Of a stretch of DNA of 64,000 nucleotides, positions 20,455 through 29,985 are shown piece after piece. The stretch is from an uncultured virus (IMG/VR IMGVR_UViG_3300042448_001291) (lineage: Duplodnaviria; Heunggongvirae; Uroviricota; Caudoviricetes): the IMG/VR virus record IMGVR_UViG_3300042448_001291. One strand, written 5' to 3'. The translations under genes were made by a program, and so were the position numbers. The stretch's first letter is position 1. Each line of letters starts with the position of its first letter. The notes beneath the pieces were generated by a model. That model was not told the origin of the DNA. It was given only the letters and a program-made list of their open reading frames with translations, and searched no databases.

Positions 20455-20538
20455 GAGATTAAATCAAAAAAAAGGTCTTCATCAGAAAAAGACCTAATAT
20501 TTATTATTATATAAATTAACTAAACCAAAACTAAAATT

Positions 20539-21381
20539 ATGTTATTAAAACTAGGATCTACGGGCGACGATGTCGTAAAATTACAGAATAAATTAGGTGT
20601 TGACCCTATTGGTAAATTTGGACCAAAAACAGAAGCCGCGGTAAAAGCGTGGCAATCTGCCAATGGTATAACCGCCGATGGTATTGTTGGCGATGGTACT
20701 TGGGCAAAAATGTTTTCTGAAGGACAAGCGAGTTCTGCAACATTAATCACTGAACCGGCACCAGTTGCTAGCGTGGGTGGATTAAATTTAGAAAGATTAA
20801 AAGGACATATACCAGATGCTGTTATCAAACAAATACCAGATACCGCTGCAAAGTTCCAAATTAACACACCATTAAGATTGGCACATTTCTTAGCACAATG
20901 TGGGCACGAATCCGGTGGGTTTAGATTAACTAAGGAGAATTTAAATTATTCAGCAAAAGGGTTACAAGGTATATTCAAAAAATATTTCCCGACAGAAGCA
21001 GACGCTAAAGCGTATGAAAGACAACCAGCAAAGATTGCAAATAAAGTTTATGGAAACAGAATGGGTAATGGTCCAGAATCTTCAGGTGAAGGTGCAAAAT
21101 TTTGCGGAAGAGGTTATATCCAATTAACTGGAAAAGACAATTACACAGCATTTGGTAAATCCATAAACGAAGACATATGTTCTAACCCGGATAAAGTTTC
21201 GAGTGACTACGCATTACTTTCTGCTGCGTGGTTCTTTAGTAAAAATGGATTACATAAAATGGCGGATGAAGGTGCAACCGATACAGTTGTAACAAAAATC
21301 ACTAAAAGAGTTAATGGTGGAACAATAGGTCTTGCGGATCGTATTAAACATTTCAAAGAATATTATCATTTACTAGCATAA
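20539..21381 (+). CDS. Endolysin: peptidoglycan-binding domain + glycoside hydrolase family 19
   Basis: LKLGSTGDDVVKLQ...ADGIVGDGTW; LAHFLAQCGHESGG, ENLNYS, GRGYIQLTGKDNY, ITKRVNGG. Confidence 0.92.
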   Translation: MLLKLGSTGDDVVKLQNKLGVDPIGKFGPKTEAAVKAWQSANGITADGIVGDGTWAKMFSEGQASSATLITEPAPVASVGGLNLERLKGHIPDAVIKQIPDTAAKFQINTPLRLAHFLAQCGHESGGFRLTKENLNYSAKGLQGIFKKYFPTEADAKAYERQPAKIANKVYGNRMGNGPESSGEGAKFCGRGYIQLTGKDNYTAFGKSINEDICSNPDKVSSDYALLSAAWFFSKNGLHKMADEGATDTVVTKITKRVNGGTIGLADRIKHFKEYYHLLA

Positions 21382-21393
21382 AAAAAAGGGACT

Positions 21394-22581
21394 TTATTGT
21401 CCCTTTTTTATTATATCACTATCGTTAATTAGTTCCGAGGCCTTTTCTTTGGATATTAGTTTAAAACGACCAGAACCATTTTCATTTACATCTAATGTTG
21501 CCATTCTAAATTCTTGTAGTGTAAAAAAAGAGTCGGTATCGTCATTAAAATGTTTTACTAAATAAAAATCGTTTTTAATTTGAATAAAATCAGTTAAATC
21601 ATCGTCAGACAATAATTTATACTTTATTGGTTTAATTATATCAACAGTTTTTATATTTGCTAAACCATATAGTTTACCTTTTTTGATTAACCCTATTTCC
21701 GGATCACCAAGTTCTTTACCAAGAACTTTAACATCATCTCCAAAAACATAATTAAATTTGATGTCGCTATTATTATCAAAAAGATATTTTAGTTCTTTTT
21801 TATTTAAATCGTCTAATTGAAAGTTGTGGTCTGGTTTATAAACGTTCTTTAATGTTAATTTGGTGACCGGATACTTCTTATTTAATAAGAAATCAATAAT
21901 ATATTTTTGATATACGTTTTTCGGTTTACTATTTTTTTTGCCGTGGACCTCACTAACAACACCATCGGGGTCTTTTGCTAAAGTGATGAAGGATTGACCA
22001 GAACCATTTTCATCAATATTTCTTAATGAAAATAATGTGGTTCCGTGTTTATTACCACAATGACCCATTCTTTCGGCTTCTTCTTTGGAGTAACTAGTGT
22101 TCAAATTAGCCCAGTAAAACCCTACACCATTTTCTCTGTAATCAATAACAACCTCATTTTCTTCCACATAGTTAGCGGATATGTTCGACTGTCTACTGTC
22201 GTGCCATTCTTCAGAAGCATGTAACGCTTGTCTAAATGTGTAATTTTTTAGATTAAGATTACCACCGGTGTTTACGTTTATAAACCAGTCAAAAATATAA
22301 GCGTAGTTGGTTTTGTAATTCATATCCCAAAAAGAATGGTTTGGCCCCTTTTTGTTCAGATATTCAACAACTTCTTTAGGTTTTTTATCTAAACTGTTAA
22401 CAGCGTCTTTAATGAATGAATCAGCGATCCATATTGACATTTTTGGATTGATTCTATGAAATTCGTTAACCCACTCGTCTGTCAACCCAAAAACCTTCTT
22501 TATTTTATCTCTATTATCGTTTTCCACTAATAGTGTCGCATTTTCGGTTAATAATTCAGATAATACGTTTTTAAACCTCAT
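21394..22581 (-). CDS. PcfJ-like domain protein with leader
   Basis: ASEEWHDS...EEAERMGHCG...LFSLR...EVHGKKNSKP. Confidence 0.7.
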   Translation of the reverse strand: MRFKNVLSELLTENATLLVENDNRDKIKKVFGLTDEWVNEFHRINPKMSIWIADSFIKDAVNSLDKKPKEVVEYLNKKGPNHSFWDMNYKTNYAYIFDWFINVNTGGNLNLKNYTFRQALHASEEWHDSRQSNISANYVEENEVVIDYRENGVGFYWANLNTSYSKEEAERMGHCGNKHGTTLFSLRNIDENGSGQSFITLAKDPDGVVSEVHGKKNSKPKNVYQKYIIDFLLNKKYPVTKLTLKNVYKPDHNFQLDDLNKKELKYLFDNNSDIKFNYVFGDDVKVLGKELGDPEIGLIKKGKLYGLANIKTVDIIKPIKYKLLSDDDLTDFIQIKNDFYLVKHFNDDTDSFFTLQEFRMATLDVNENGSGRFKLISKEKASELINDSDIIKKGQ

Positions 22582-22646
22582 TTTGGTTTTTTATTATAAA
22601 TACCTTAAACAAAATAAAACCCCCGAATTTGGGGGTCTTATTGACT

Positions 22647-23003
22647 TTAAACTGATAGTTTGGTTTTGGTACCCGTAAAGAGTTCCTTTTCTTGTTTATA
22701 TTCTTGTAACAAGTTAACGCAAAGCATTAAATGTTTTTCAATCATTGCTAATTTTAGTGAATCCTCAATTCCGGAAGCACTTATAGATTTTTTTGTTTTT
22801 TTAATTTTACCAATTTTTCTTAGGATATTTTCCTTATTGGCTTCTTTTATCAATTTTTTCTGATAGTATTTCTTAGCATTCATTTTAGTACATTCCTTAC
22901 AATAAATGCTCAACCCATCCTCGTTCGTTTTATTTTTGTAAAATCTCTCCGCTGAAAAATGTTCTTTACAACCTGCACAATGTTTTTCCATTTTTTTCTC
23001 CAT
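22647..23003 (-). CDS. Zn-finger protein
   Basis: KHCAGCKE...FYKN...DGLSIYCKEC; TACATTTG promoter at ~23021-23028. Confidence 0.7.
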   Translation of the reverse strand: MEKKMEKHCAGCKEHFSAERFYKNKTNEDGLSIYCKECTKMNAKKYYQKKLIKEANKENILRKIGKIKKTKKSISASGIEDSLKLAMIEKHLMLCVNLLQEYKQEKELFTGTKTKLSV

Positions 23004-23096
23004 AGTTATTATTTTAGGATGCAAATGTAAATTAAAAAAAACCAAGAAAAAAAAGTTTTTTTAAAAAAGACATAAAAGATTGAATATCAACATTAT

Positions 23097-23669
23097 ATGG
23101 TAAAAAAAGAGTTAGTTCAAAAAATGGGTTATTATGAAATTAATAAAATAACCGATAAATCAATAATAAAATATGAAGTTGATAGTGGTCAGTATTTGTT
23201 TATTGCAAGGTTTAACAAATACATTGTAAACCCATATAGAGATAGAAAAACCTTTAAAACATTAGATAAAGCCAAAGATTATGTTGGTTTGAAATTGGTT
23301 AAACAGAAAAAGAAAAAGGTTGAGAAATTGAAAACCTTACCTAAATCCCTTTATCTTGTTTTGATAAAAGAAAAAGAAAGTGGTAAAACGTTTGTAAAGG
23401 TTGGATTCACATCTAAAAAATTCATAATGCGTAGATTTAGTAAAGCATATGGATATGAAGGGTACATTTTAGAGTCCATTTTAAGACGTATTGAAACGCC
23501 AGACGCCGAAAAGTTAGAAGAACAAATAAAAGATAAATTGAATAAAAAAAGGTCTGTAAAAAAATACAGACCACTTTTAGAGAGTTTCTCAGGATATTCC
23601 GAATGTTTTGATTTTAATTGTTTAGAGGATATTGTTAATATTTTTGATTCATTAACAAAAACCGCTTAA
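23097..23669 (+). CDS. GIY-YIG/T5orf172-like endonuclease
   Basis: LYLVLIKE...FVKVGFTS...RRF...AEKLEEQIK...GYSECF. Confidence 0.65.
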   Translation: MVKKELVQKMGYYEINKITDKSIIKYEVDSGQYLFIARFNKYIVNPYRDRKTFKTLDKAKDYVGLKLVKQKKKKVEKLKTLPKSLYLVLIKEKESGKTFVKVGFTSKKFIMRRFSKAYGYEGYILESILRRIETPDAEKLEEQIKDKLNKKRSVKKYRPLLESFSGYSECFDFNCLEDIVNIFDSLTKTA

Positions 23670-24055
23670 GCATGTTGTGAACCAAATGCTGGAGCGTCTT
23701 GACCCCATGTTACATATGCCTCAGGATAACCCATCCCACTTAACATAAGATAAGTGCTCATATTACATATTTCAATAGAGGTGTCAGGTGTAAGAATCAT
23801 CCCCTTTTGTGCCCATTTTCCATTTAATTTAATTCCGCCGTCAACACTCTTAACTTGAAATTTGCAATTCGGTGAATTTAATAATTTTTTAAATTTATTT
23901 TGGTCAACATCTTCTATTTCACAATTCTTAAATAACCCTTTTAGTGTTGGCATACCCGGACGACCACAATCACCTGCTTCAGATTCTTCTTCTTCTTTAA
24001 TTAAATGGTCAATAATTTTTTTTACTTGAGATTCTGTGAAAACGTATTTTTTCAT
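23666..24055 (-). CDS. Hypothetical protein with leader
   Basis: MKKYVFTESQVKKIIDHLIKE. Confidence 0.75.
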   Translation of the reverse strand: MKKYVFTESQVKKIIDHLIKEEEESEAGDCGRPGMPTLKGLFKNCEIEDVDQNKFKKLLNSPNCKFQVKSVDGGIKLNGKWAQKGMILTPDTSIEICNMSTYLMLSGMGYPEAYVTWGQDAPAFGSQHA

Positions 24056-24056
24056 A

Positions 24057-24386
24057 CTATTTTGTTTTTGTTGTTTTAGTTGTTGTTCTGGTTCTTTTTT
24101 TGTTTGCTAAGTCGTCATTTTCTTTTTGTAAAAACTCAACTTTAACCCTAAGTTCTGATACTTCGCCAGTAAGTTTTAGGATCTCACTTCTCATCTCGTC
24201 TTTTTCTTTAGAACTTCTTTCTAAAAGTACTTCTAGTTTTACGATTCTTTCACGACATTCGTCTTTCATAAAATTTTCAGATTTTTCTTTGGCATTTGCT
24301 CTTTTTTCATAGAACCTCCAAGCGCTTGCTGAACCTAAAACCGTTAATGCCGTTATTAAAACCGTATAAATTGATGCTGTATCCAT
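24057..24386 (-). CDS. Membrane-anchored coiled-coil protein (holin/spanin-like candidate)
   Basis: N-terminal transmembrane segment followed by heptad coiled coil. Confidence 0.6.
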   Translation of the reverse strand: MDTASIYTVLITALTVLGSASAWRFYEKRANAKEKSENFMKDECRERIVKLEVLLERSSKEKDEMRSEILKLTGEVSELRVKVEFLQKENDDLANKKRTRTTTKTTKTK

Positions 24387-24455
24387 AACTTTATATAAAT
24401 AGACATTTTATTAGAAAAATTTTAAAAAGTGTGTTTTTTTTCGTATATTAATCAA

Positions 24456-25007
24456 ATGAGCACAATAATTAATTTTTTTGGTGGCCCTGGTATAGGAAAA
24501 TCCACTCAGGCGTCAGGTTTGTTTACTGAAATGAAGAAATATCACATGAATGTGGAATACACCTACGAGTTCCCAAAAGAAGTTGCTTGGGAAGGTAATA
24601 TTAGCCAGTTAAAGGATCAGTTTTTTATAACCGCAAACCAACATAGAAATATTAGTCGTTTATATGGTAAAGTCGAATATATTATTGTTGATTCACCGAT
24701 AGTTTTAGGGTGTTTCTACGAAAACAGGTATGGTGAGAACTATCCGGCGTCATTTTACGGTATGACCGGATTAAGTAATTTCCTATGGAAGTTATTTAAA
24801 CAATATAACAATATAAACATTCTATTGACAAGAAATGAAGAAACTTATGACCCAAATGGTCGATTACAAAATTTACAAGAAGCCGTTGAGATTGATAATG
24901 ATATTAAAGAAACATTACTTATTAATAACATACCTTTTATTGAATTCTCTGTTAATAGTAATACTGCTATGGATATATTTAAGTATATAACAGATAACAA
25001 AATATGA
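24456..25007 (+). CDS. P-loop kinase/ATPase (AAA_28/NadR-like)
   Basis: IINFFGGPGIGKST, IIVDSP, YDPNGRLQ. Confidence 0.85.
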   Translation: MSTIINFFGGPGIGKSTQASGLFTEMKKYHMNVEYTYEFPKEVAWEGNISQLKDQFFITANQHRNISRLYGKVEYIIVDSPIVLGCFYENRYGENYPASFYGMTGLSNFLWKLFKQYNNINILLTRNEETYDPNGRLQNLQEAVEIDNDIKETLLINNIPFIEFSVNSNTAMDIFKYITDNKI

Positions 25008-25606
25008 AGAAATTATTAGCACTTGTTACCATTTTAATCTTTGCGGTAACAGTAAATGGTCAAGACACAGTAAGAGTTAAAAATAAGGTATTTGAGGTGC
25101 TCTATTCACAAAATTTAGAATCTCCTTTATGGTTAAAATATCACTCCACCAATAGACCAACGAACGTAAACAGAGGGGCCATGGATTTTTACGCCGAAAA
25201 AAATATCCGTACGTCGGACGCTGAAGATTATGTTAAAAACATATATGATAAAGGTCATTTGGCTCCAGCGGCATCTTTTTCAGATAACATGGAAAATCTT
25301 AAACAAACCTTTTCCTATTTGAATTGTATGTTACAGGATCAGTACATGAATAGAGGTGAATGGAGATTATTAGAAGAACAAGAAAGAAAATGGGATGATG
25401 TTGAAAATCTAACAGTTATCATCAAGGTGTTTTTTGATGTACCAGTAAAAAGATTACCCACAAACGCTGCAATCCCTTCTTATATACAAAAACACATTTA
25501 TTTTGAAAAACAAAAAAAGTGGAAATGTTATGTTTTCTTAAATGAAAAACCTAAATTTAAGTGGAGTGAACTTGAGATGGTGTGCCCACCAAGTGACCAC
25601 AAGTAA
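25004..25606 (+). CDS. Secreted DNA/RNA non-specific endonuclease
   Basis: Signal peptide; YDKGHLAPA, TFSYLN, NRGEWRLLE. Confidence 0.9.
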   Translation: MKKLLALVTILIFAVTVNGQDTVRVKNKVFEVLYSQNLESPLWLKYHSTNRPTNVNRGAMDFYAEKNIRTSDAEDYVKNIYDKGHLAPAASFSDNMENLKQTFSYLNCMLQDQYMNRGEWRLLEEQERKWDDVENLTVIIKVFFDVPVKRLPTNAAIPSYIQKHIYFEKQKKWKCYVFLNEKPKFKWSELEMVCPPSDHK

Positions 25607-25609
25607 GTT

Positions 25610-25813
25610 ATGATATTAAACAAAGAATTAGTTAGATACCAGGATCGTTTATTTTGGGTATACCGTAAATTAAATGTTGAGAAGATCAAAGAACATTACG
25701 TTCAAGATATTAAAACTCTTTGGGACTGCGACATTGTCTTAAAACAAAAAACCCCGCAAGGCGAGGTTTTTTTATTCATTCGGGAAATCCCTGATCTTGA
25801 GATTGTTACTTAA
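25610..25813 (+). CDS. Hypothetical protein
   Basis: 67-aa ORF in operon context. Confidence 0.6.
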   Translation: MILNKELVRYQDRLFWVYRKLNVEKIKEHYVQDIKTLWDCDIVLKQKTPQGEVFLFIREIPDLEIVT

Positions 25814-26324
25814 TTCTTGATTTTAATCTGTTCATTGCTGATCGTACAGATTTAATTGCTGACATTACACTAGATAACGAACCAGAACCACCTGCACTTT
25901 CCTTTACTTCTTTCTTTGTAACTTCAATACTAGGGGCTGTCTTTTTAGTTGACGTGTGTGTTGATTTTAAAGATTCATATACCTTTCTTAATTTGATTGA
26001 AACTTGAGGTAAAAATTCTTTTAAAATTTCAGCATATTTTGTTGATTCACTTTCAGAACCAGATCTTGTTATTGATACAACGTATTTCTTTGTTTCCATA
26101 ACTGTTTCACCAGTTGCTTTTAGTTCCTCCATTATTGCCCCAATTTTTTCTTTACCTTCTTTGTATTTTGGGTCGCTTTCTAATGATTTTAATTGTGATT
26201 TTAACTTAGTAATTTGTTCGTGAATTGTTGAAAATTCATCTAACTCCTTCGCCAGACCACCTTTTGCTTCTTTGGCTTCGTATAATTTTTTTAATTCTTT
26301 CTTAATAATCGACTCTAATAACAT
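25806..26324 (-). CDS. Hypothetical coiled-coil protein with leader
   Basis: MLLESIIKKELKKLYE. Confidence 0.75.
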   Translation of the reverse strand: MLLESIIKKELKKLYEAKEAKGGLAKELDEFSTIHEQITKLKSQLKSLESDPKYKEGKEKIGAIMEELKATGETVMETKKYVVSITRSGSESESTKYAEILKEFLPQVSIKLRKVYESLKSTHTSTKKTAPSIEVTKKEVKESAGGSGSLSSVMSAIKSVRSAMNRLKSRIK

Positions 26325-26334
26325 GGTATTAATT

Positions 26335-26733
26335 TTATAATAAATATCTCTTTATATATCTAACACATCTATTTGTATACAATTCTTCGTTTTTTCTCGC
26401 TTCAACCTCGAAAGGGTGTGAAAAATAATTATAATATTCAGTAAATTCGTAATATTGTTTGTTTGATTGTAAGTAATGTGTGTATTCGTGGATCACCGTG
26501 GATACAATCTCTTTTATAGTTGGACAATTTACGTAATAAATTATAATCCTATTTTCATGACTATGGTACGACCCACAATCATTCTTATCGTCTAAATTCT
26601 TTGGGTTTTTTAATACCGATAATTTGATGGGTTTTCGTTTTCTCAGGTTATGTCCCAAGTACTTCTTACACCATTTTAGTGTCTGCTGCGCGTAAAATTT
26701 TTGGACTTCGACGTCGATAACCCTGCGTCCCAT
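26335..26733 (-). CDS. HExxH metallopeptidase-like protein
   Basis: TVIHEYTHYLQ...HPFEVEAR. Confidence 0.7.
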   Translation of the reverse strand: MGRRVIDVEVQKFYAQQTLKWCKKYLGHNLRKRKPIKLSVLKNPKNLDDKNDCGSYHSHENRIIIYYVNCPTIKEIVSTVIHEYTHYLQSNKQYYEFTEYYNYFSHPFEVEARKNEELYTNRCVRYIKRYLL

Positions 26734-27092
26734 TATTCGTTCTTATGCTCTTTTTTATTTTCGCCTCTTTTTATTTTTTTGATTGGTTTGGTAACCTCAT
26801 TTATAGAATCGAAATTATTGCATATATCGTGTAAAATAGCCGCAAATTCGTAGTTTTCATTTTCCTCATTTTTCTTCCATAATGCGGTAATAAAAACTCG
26901 AAACTCTGAGTCCAATAGTTTCACATGGAACGTTGTTGTTGACCTAATAAGTTTAAAAACCACATACAAAAGCGCCATTTTCTTATCGCTAGGTAGATTA
27001 AAATAATGATCTACCGCAATATTAGATAAGACATGGTCACTTACCTCGGTTAAAAATTTAGTGATGGTTGGGTGGTTTATATTCATACTCAT
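26733..27092 (-). CDS. Hypothetical protein
   Basis: 119-aa ORF; ENYEFAA UVR-like motif. Confidence 0.7.
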   Translation of the reverse strand: MSMNINHPTITKFLTEVSDHVLSNIAVDHYFNLPSDKKMALLYVVFKLIRSTTTFHVKLLDSEFRVFITALWKKNEENENYEFAAILHDICNNFDSINEVTKPIKKIKRGENKKEHKNE

Positions 27093-27133
27093 GGGTGAAC
27101 CATTTTAAATAAATACTTTCACCCACTAAATGA

Positions 27134-27493
27134 TTACTTACCCCATTTACCATTTTTTACCAATTGAGCAATAATTGAATAAACTGATAGGTCTTGATAG
27201 GTATCATCCACTGCCTCACCTACGTTGTCCTGAGCCCCTAAAACGACAAGTTGTTTGATCCTTTGAATCTTATCATTCATACGGAACCAAAGCCCCATTT
27301 GGGATAATTTACGGTCTTCGTCCTTGCTTAGATCCTTACCTAGCGCGATGTTATCAGGACCATAATTGGATTGTTTCTTACAGAACGTCTCATATTGGTC
27401 TCTCATTATTCTTTTGAATTCTCTAGTCATTTCGGGGTATTTTTCCTCGATTTCTTTGATGACTGGGTTTGCTTGTACTTTCTCTTCTGACAT
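27134..27493 (-). CDS. DUF1599/nucleotide-modification-associated domain protein
   Basis: KKQSNYGPDNI...RMNDKIQRI...EAVDDTYQDLSVYSII. Confidence 0.75.
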   Translation of the reverse strand: MSEEKVQANPVIKEIEEKYPEMTREFKRIMRDQYETFCKKQSNYGPDNIALGKDLSKDEDRKLSQMGLWFRMNDKIQRIKQLVVLGAQDNVGEAVDDTYQDLSVYSIIAQLVKNGKWGK

Positions 27494-27562
27494 AAATTTG
27501 TGATTTTACATAAAATAACCAAAAAAATGAGGAAAACCAAATATTTATATAAAAAACACAAA

Positions 27563-27820
27563 ATGGCTTCAAAAAAATATCAAGAGATGCAAGCAAGCCG
27601 CGGTAAGGAAACTCCTAACCCGGATAACAAACCAAAATACAAACAATTAATCCAAATGTTGTCGTTTAGAGTGGTTCCGGCGTACTTCAAGGAGATTGAA
27701 AAGGTTGCTGACAAGAAAAAGATGACAGTATCTAAACTTATTAGAAGTTACATTAAAGAGGGTATGAAAAGAGATAAGGAGATTACTGGTTCAGAAGATA
27801 AAGATTTCAGAGTAGAATAA
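27563..27820 (+). CDS. Ribbon-helix-helix DNA-binding protein
   Basis: MLSFRV...IEKVADKKKMTVSKLIRSYIKEG. Confidence 0.7.
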   Translation: MASKKYQEMQASRGKETPNPDNKPKYKQLIQMLSFRVVPAYFKEIEKVADKKKMTVSKLIRSYIKEGMKRDKEITGSEDKDFRVE

Positions 27821-27900
27821 ACAAAAACTCTAAAAGGAGGCCCTGCTAGAAATAGTGGGGTTTTTTATTACTTTCAAAATAAAAAAGTATTTATAAGGAT

Positions 27901-28224
27901 ATGGAAAACAAGAATATAACCGAAGAACAAATAAAAGAGGTTTTAAGTAAAATCTTAAACGAAGAAAAGGTTAGTCGTGACCAGTACACCAAAGTTAGAT
28001 TCAAACTTGAAGATTTAAGTCAATCACTTAATGAGACGATTAAAGAACTTAGGAAAGTTCAAGATTCTCTACCTTTAAAATTAAAAGGTTCGATCGGCGG
28101 TAAATTATCCACATTGGACAGTTCTTTCAGTTCTGCGCAAAAAACAATTTCAATATTAAAAGAAAAAGTTAGACAGTTGAAGAGATCAGAGTACGCTCAA
28201 CAAGTTGTTGAAAAGAAAAAATAG
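27901..28224 (+). CDS. Coiled-coil protein with leader
   Basis: ITEEQIKEVLSKILNE; upstream TATTTAT. Confidence 0.75.
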   Translation: MENKNITEEQIKEVLSKILNEEKVSRDQYTKVRFKLEDLSQSLNETIKELRKVQDSLPLKLKGSIGGKLSTLDSSFSSAQKTISILKEKVRQLKRSEYAQQVVEKKK

Positions 28225-28228
28225 CACT

Positions 28229-28624
28229 TTATTTTAATGAACCGGAGGGATTTAAATCCTCGTAGATTATTTCATTTTTCATTACCTTACCCATTTCCGT
28301 TAAGAAAAACACCTCTTCTGTGTTTTCATCTTCGTAAGAACCAATAAGCCCCCTTTCCTGTAAAGATCTTAAAACACTTTCAGTTATAACCAGGTTTAGG
28401 TAATCTTCTGCCTCTTTTGCTGTTAATAATTCGGTATCAGATTCATTAAGTTCGCCGTTTATAAATTTATCTGTTAGAATTCTACATAGTTCATTCTTAG
28501 CAAAAGTCAAATCAGTGATTTCTAGTTCTTTAAAAAAACCATCATCAATTAACACGTCTATAAAGGCGTCCGCTTTCTTTATTATAGAAGGTTGGTAGAC
28601 AACTTTATCCATATTCAATCCCAT
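28229..28624 (-). CDS. Hypothetical protein with winged-helix-like C-terminus
   Basis: LRSLQERGLI...FFLTEMG. Confidence 0.65.
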   Translation of the reverse strand: MGLNMDKVVYQPSIIKKADAFIDVLIDDGFFKELEITDLTFAKNELCRILTDKFINGELNESDTELLTAKEAEDYLNLVITESVLRSLQERGLIGSYEDENTEEVFFLTEMGKVMKNEIIYEDLNPSGSLK

Positions 28625-28730
28625 TTTAATTAATATACGAAAAAATATCCAAAATAAAAACCCTGAACGAATATAGAATTAACATTTTAAAATGTCAAAA
28701 AAAATAATTATATTACCCAAAATATTAGAT

Positions 28731-29984
28731 ATGGGTAATGGTAAAATTTTCATTCAAATTGCGTCTTATAGGGACCCACAATTAATACTAACAATAGAGG
28801 ATTGTATTGCAAAAGCAAAGAATCCAAAAAAATTAGTTTTTTCAATCGCTTGGCAACATTCAAACGAAGATAAGTGGGATGATTTGTCTTTATACAAATC
28901 AGACAAAAGATTTAAGATAGTGGATATTGATTATAAGGATTCGAATGGTGCTTGTTGGGCTAGAAATAAATTACAACAAAATTATGATGGGGAGGAATAT
29001 ACATTGCAATTAGATTCTCACCATAGATTTATTCAAGATTGGGATGTCGAATTAATTAACATGTATAAGCAATTACAAAAAAAGGGTCATGAAAAACCAT
29101 TGTTAACTGGTTATGTTTCTTCATTTAACCCAGAGAGAGATCCAGAAGAAAGAAACATGGTCCCGTGGAAAATGAATTTTGATAGATTTATCCCAGAGGG
29201 TGCTGTTTTCTTTCTACCTGCGGCAATTGATAATTTTAAAGAATTAAACGAACCTATACCTGCAAGATTTTATTCTGCCCACTTTGCATTTACAACTGGG
29301 GATTTTGTAAAAGAGGTTCCACATGATCCTAATTATTATTTTCATGGTGAGGAAATCTCAATAGCCGTAAGAGCATATACCTGGGGATATGATTTATTCC
29401 ACCCACATAAGATAGTTGTGTGGCACGAGTATACTAGAAAAGGTAGAACAAAACAATGGGACGACGATAAAAATTGGGTTAGTAAGAATGTTGATTGCCA
29501 TAAAAGAAATAGGAAGTTATTTGAAATGGATGGTGAGGTAAAAGATATTGATTTTGGTGAGTTTGATTTCGGTAAAGAAAGAACTTTAAATGATTATGAA
29601 AAGTATTCAGGTTTATCGTTTAGTAAAAGAGGTGTGCAACAATATACGTTGGATAATAATTTGGCGCCTAACCCGGTTATTGAAGATCCTGAACAATATG
29701 AAGAATCGTTTTTAACTATTTTTAAACATTGTATTGATATAGTACCTGGCCAAGTACCATTGGATGATTATGATTTTTGGGTAGTGGCGTTTGAAAATGA
29801 TAAGGGTGATACAATTTTTAGGCAAGATGCTGACACTAGTGAAATACAAAGATTAAAAAATGATCCAGATGGTTATTATAAAATTTGGAGAACCTTTAAC
29901 ATAAAAGATAAACCACACAAATGGGTCGTATGGCCTCATTCAATATCTAAAGATTGGTGTGAAAGATTAACAGGAAACTTATAA
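28731..29984 (+). CDS. GlcNAc transferase (GT60-like glycosyltransferase)
   Basis: IFIQIASYRDP, GACWAR, LQLDSHHRF, FHGEEISIAVRAYTWGYD. Confidence 0.85.
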   Translation: MGNGKIFIQIASYRDPQLILTIEDCIAKAKNPKKLVFSIAWQHSNEDKWDDLSLYKSDKRFKIVDIDYKDSNGACWARNKLQQNYDGEEYTLQLDSHHRFIQDWDVELINMYKQLQKKGHEKPLLTGYVSSFNPERDPEERNMVPWKMNFDRFIPEGAVFFLPAAIDNFKELNEPIPARFYSAHFAFTTGDFVKEVPHDPNYYFHGEEISIAVRAYTWGYDLFHPHKIVVWHEYTRKGRTKQWDDDKNWVSKNVDCHKRNRKLFEMDGEVKDIDFGEFDFGKERTLNDYEKYSGLSFSKRGVQQYTLDNNLAPNPVIEDPEQYEESFLTIFKHCIDIVPGQVPLDDYDFWVVAFENDKGDTIFRQDADTSEIQRLKNDPDGYYKIWRTFNIKDKPHKWVVWPHSISKDWCERLTGNL

Positions 29985-29985
29985 G

